Positions 62,874 through 64,000 of a stretch of 64,000 nt of DNA are shown here, in pieces. Source of the DNA: a phage; the sequence record PZ445488.1; one strand, written 5' to 3'. How positions within the stretch are numbered: position 1 is the first letter of the stretch; each line of letters starts with the position of its first letter. The position numbers were made by a program, and so were the translations under genes. The notes below the pieces were generated by a model that made no database searches, was not told where the DNA came from, and was given only the letters and a program-made list of their open reading frames with translations.

Positions 62874-62919
62874 AACGTTTTATTCATTCCATTTGGTTGA
62901 TATGAGTATAGTACCATTA

Positions 62920-63081
62920 TCAGTGTTGATTGTAAACAGCTTTTTCTACACTTTTAACGTAATCAGTGTAGTCTTCCTGTTCGTACGAGTGTAAGGCCAA
63001 GAACGTGGCTAATAGTTCATTATAGACTAAAGCCTCACGCTCACGTTCTGCCTCTACTACGTTCTGAAGATTATGGCTCAT
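62920..63081 (-). CDS. hypothetical protein
   Basis: 53-aa product from the internal ATG preceded by SD AAGGA; the 71-aa track ORF start is rejected. Confidence 0.35.
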   Translation of the reverse strand: MSHNLQNVVEAEREREALVYNELLATFLALHSYEQEDYTDYVKSVEKAVYNQH

Positions 63082-63082
63082 A

Positions 63083-63370
63083 TCATTCCTTATAACTATC
63101 AATGTAGTCCTGTATGTCAAAGAATGACATTTCATATTCTAGGACATTAAGAGCCCGTTCTTCAGTATAGTCAGAACCAAATACGATAGTGATTTCACCA
63201 GGCTTCATATGATTGAAATCGACACTAAAAGGAATACGAGAACATACTTCGTCTGCCATATCTGCAACAACACTACGATACACTTCTCGGTTAACCTGAT
63301 AAAGCTCTGCAAGTTCTTCACAACGAATAACAAGTTCAGTGGCAGGATTTTCTTTGATTTTAGTAAGCAT
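63083..63370 (-). CDS. hypothetical protein (asiA-motA interval)
   Basis: 95-aa product from the internal ATG of the 128-aa track ORF; the N-terminal 33 codons of the track ORF look non-coding (Arg/Asn-rich, no partner SD). Confidence 0.35.
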   Translation of the reverse strand: MLTKIKENPATELVIRCEELAELYQVNREVYRSVVADMADEVCSRIPFSVDFNHMKPGEITIVFGSDYTEERALNVLEYEMSFFDIQDYIDSYKE

Positions 63371-63444
63371 AGTCTTTACCCTTATGTTTTTGTTTGCGTT
63401 TAGATTGAAGTTCTGATTTCTTCTTGTCCTTATGGACAGAAGCC

Positions 63445-63672
63445 TTATTGAAATCGTGTTTTGCCACAAGATTGTTCATAATGCTTTATAACCTCGTTTA
63501 AACATTTATCAGTAAAAGAAAACTTTTTAGCCACAGAACATTCGATAATGTGCTCTTTCAAATCTTTAGGGTCAGTATAACCCATCTCAGTAATAAAGTG
63601 GCGAATTAAAGCTTTATTCTTATCATTAACAGAATTAAAATAATCTGCTTTAGAATCAATTATTCTCATCAT
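63445..63672 (-). CDS. hypothetical protein (asiA-motA interval)
   Basis: 75-aa ORF, overlaps the upstream ORF stop. Confidence 0.4.
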   Translation of the reverse strand: MMRIIDSKADYFNSVNDKNKALIRHFITEMGYTDPKDLKEHIIECSVAKKFSFTDKCLNEVIKHYEQSCGKTRFQ

Positions 63673-63937
63673 CTAATTTCCTTAATTGATATTGCAACGA
63701 GCTAATAATTTCTTCGTTCATTTTAATATACATGTCGCGCAAGAAAGGTTTTAACCCATCACGAATAATTGCTAACGTATCACCTTTACATAAATTAACC
63801 AAATAAGGATGGTCTAAAGCATCCCAACCAGGCTGATTAGCATACATACCATAGTTTTCTTCCATCATATGATTAAGATGTTTGATATCTTGGATACGTG
63901 ATTCAATAGCATCTTTCTGAAGTTGTTTAATATTCAT
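63656..63937 (-). CDS. hypothetical protein (asiA-motA interval)
   Basis: 93-aa ORF; its ATG overlaps the stop of an upstream ORF (TAATG), SD GAGGA upstream. Confidence 0.45.
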   Translation of the reverse strand: MNIKQLQKDAIESRIQDIKHLNHMMEENYGMYANQPGWDALDHPYLVNLCKGDTLAIIRDGLKPFLRDMYIKMNEEIISSLQYQLRKLDDENN

Positions 63938-64000
63938 TAATACAGGTCCTCTGAATAAAGTTCTTTCTCACTTCCACCACGTTCAATACGTACCTGTCCA
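63937..64000 (-). CDS. 3' end of an ORF truncated by the window edge
   Basis: open frame ...GQVRIERGGSEKELYSEDLY ending in TAA that overlaps the next ATG; the 5' part lies beyond position 64000. Confidence 0.3.
   Translation of the reverse strand, partial: GQVRIERGGSEKELYSEDLY

Overview
This window is a contiguous 64-kb segment of a T-even (T4-like, Tequatrovirus-type) myovirus genome, colinear with phage T4 from gene 17 to the asiA-proximal early region. All family and gene assignments rest on reading the six-frame translations against remembered T4 proteins; no database search was run. The plus strand carries the late structural modules: terminase large subunit, tail sheath and tube, portal, prohead core/protease/scaffold, major capsid and vertex proteins, baseplate hub genes 51-27-28-29-48-54, and long tail fiber genes 34-35-36-37 followed by a T2-type gp38 adhesin and holin t. 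The minus strand carries the early/middle modules: rnlB, hoc, inh, uvsY, 25/26, alt, DNA ligase, the 30.x genes, rIII, 31, cd, pseT, a spanin pair, alc, rnlA, denA, nrdB, nrdA, td, frd, 32, 59, 33, dsbA, rnh and asiA. Regulatory signals are T4-typical: TATAAATA late promoters on the plus strand, sigma70-like early promoters (GTTTAC -35, TAnnAT -10) and MotA-box middle promoters on the minus strand, and GC-rich tetraloop hairpin terminators. The departures from the T4 reference as I recall it are: (1) an intact class-I DAHP synthase (AroG-like) gene between cd and pseT; (2) a group I intron in nrdB carrying a full-length HNH homing endonuclease (I-TevIII-like), while td has no intron and no seg endonuclease genes are present; (3) an antisense early ORF with its own promoter at the gene 23/24 junction, where T4 has segD; (4) a YbiA/NADAR-like protein and a HAD-like hydrolase next to alt and DNA ligase; (5) a T2-type receptor module (gp37 with a C-terminal chaperone-like domain plus glycine-rich gp38). 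No rRNA, tRNA or CRISPR arrays were seen. CDS coordinates follow the supplied ORF track and include the stop codon. My own nucleotide counting disagreed with the track by one base at a few homopolymer runs, so self-derived boundaries (intron ends, small ORFs, promoter hexamers) are approximate to 1-2 nt.
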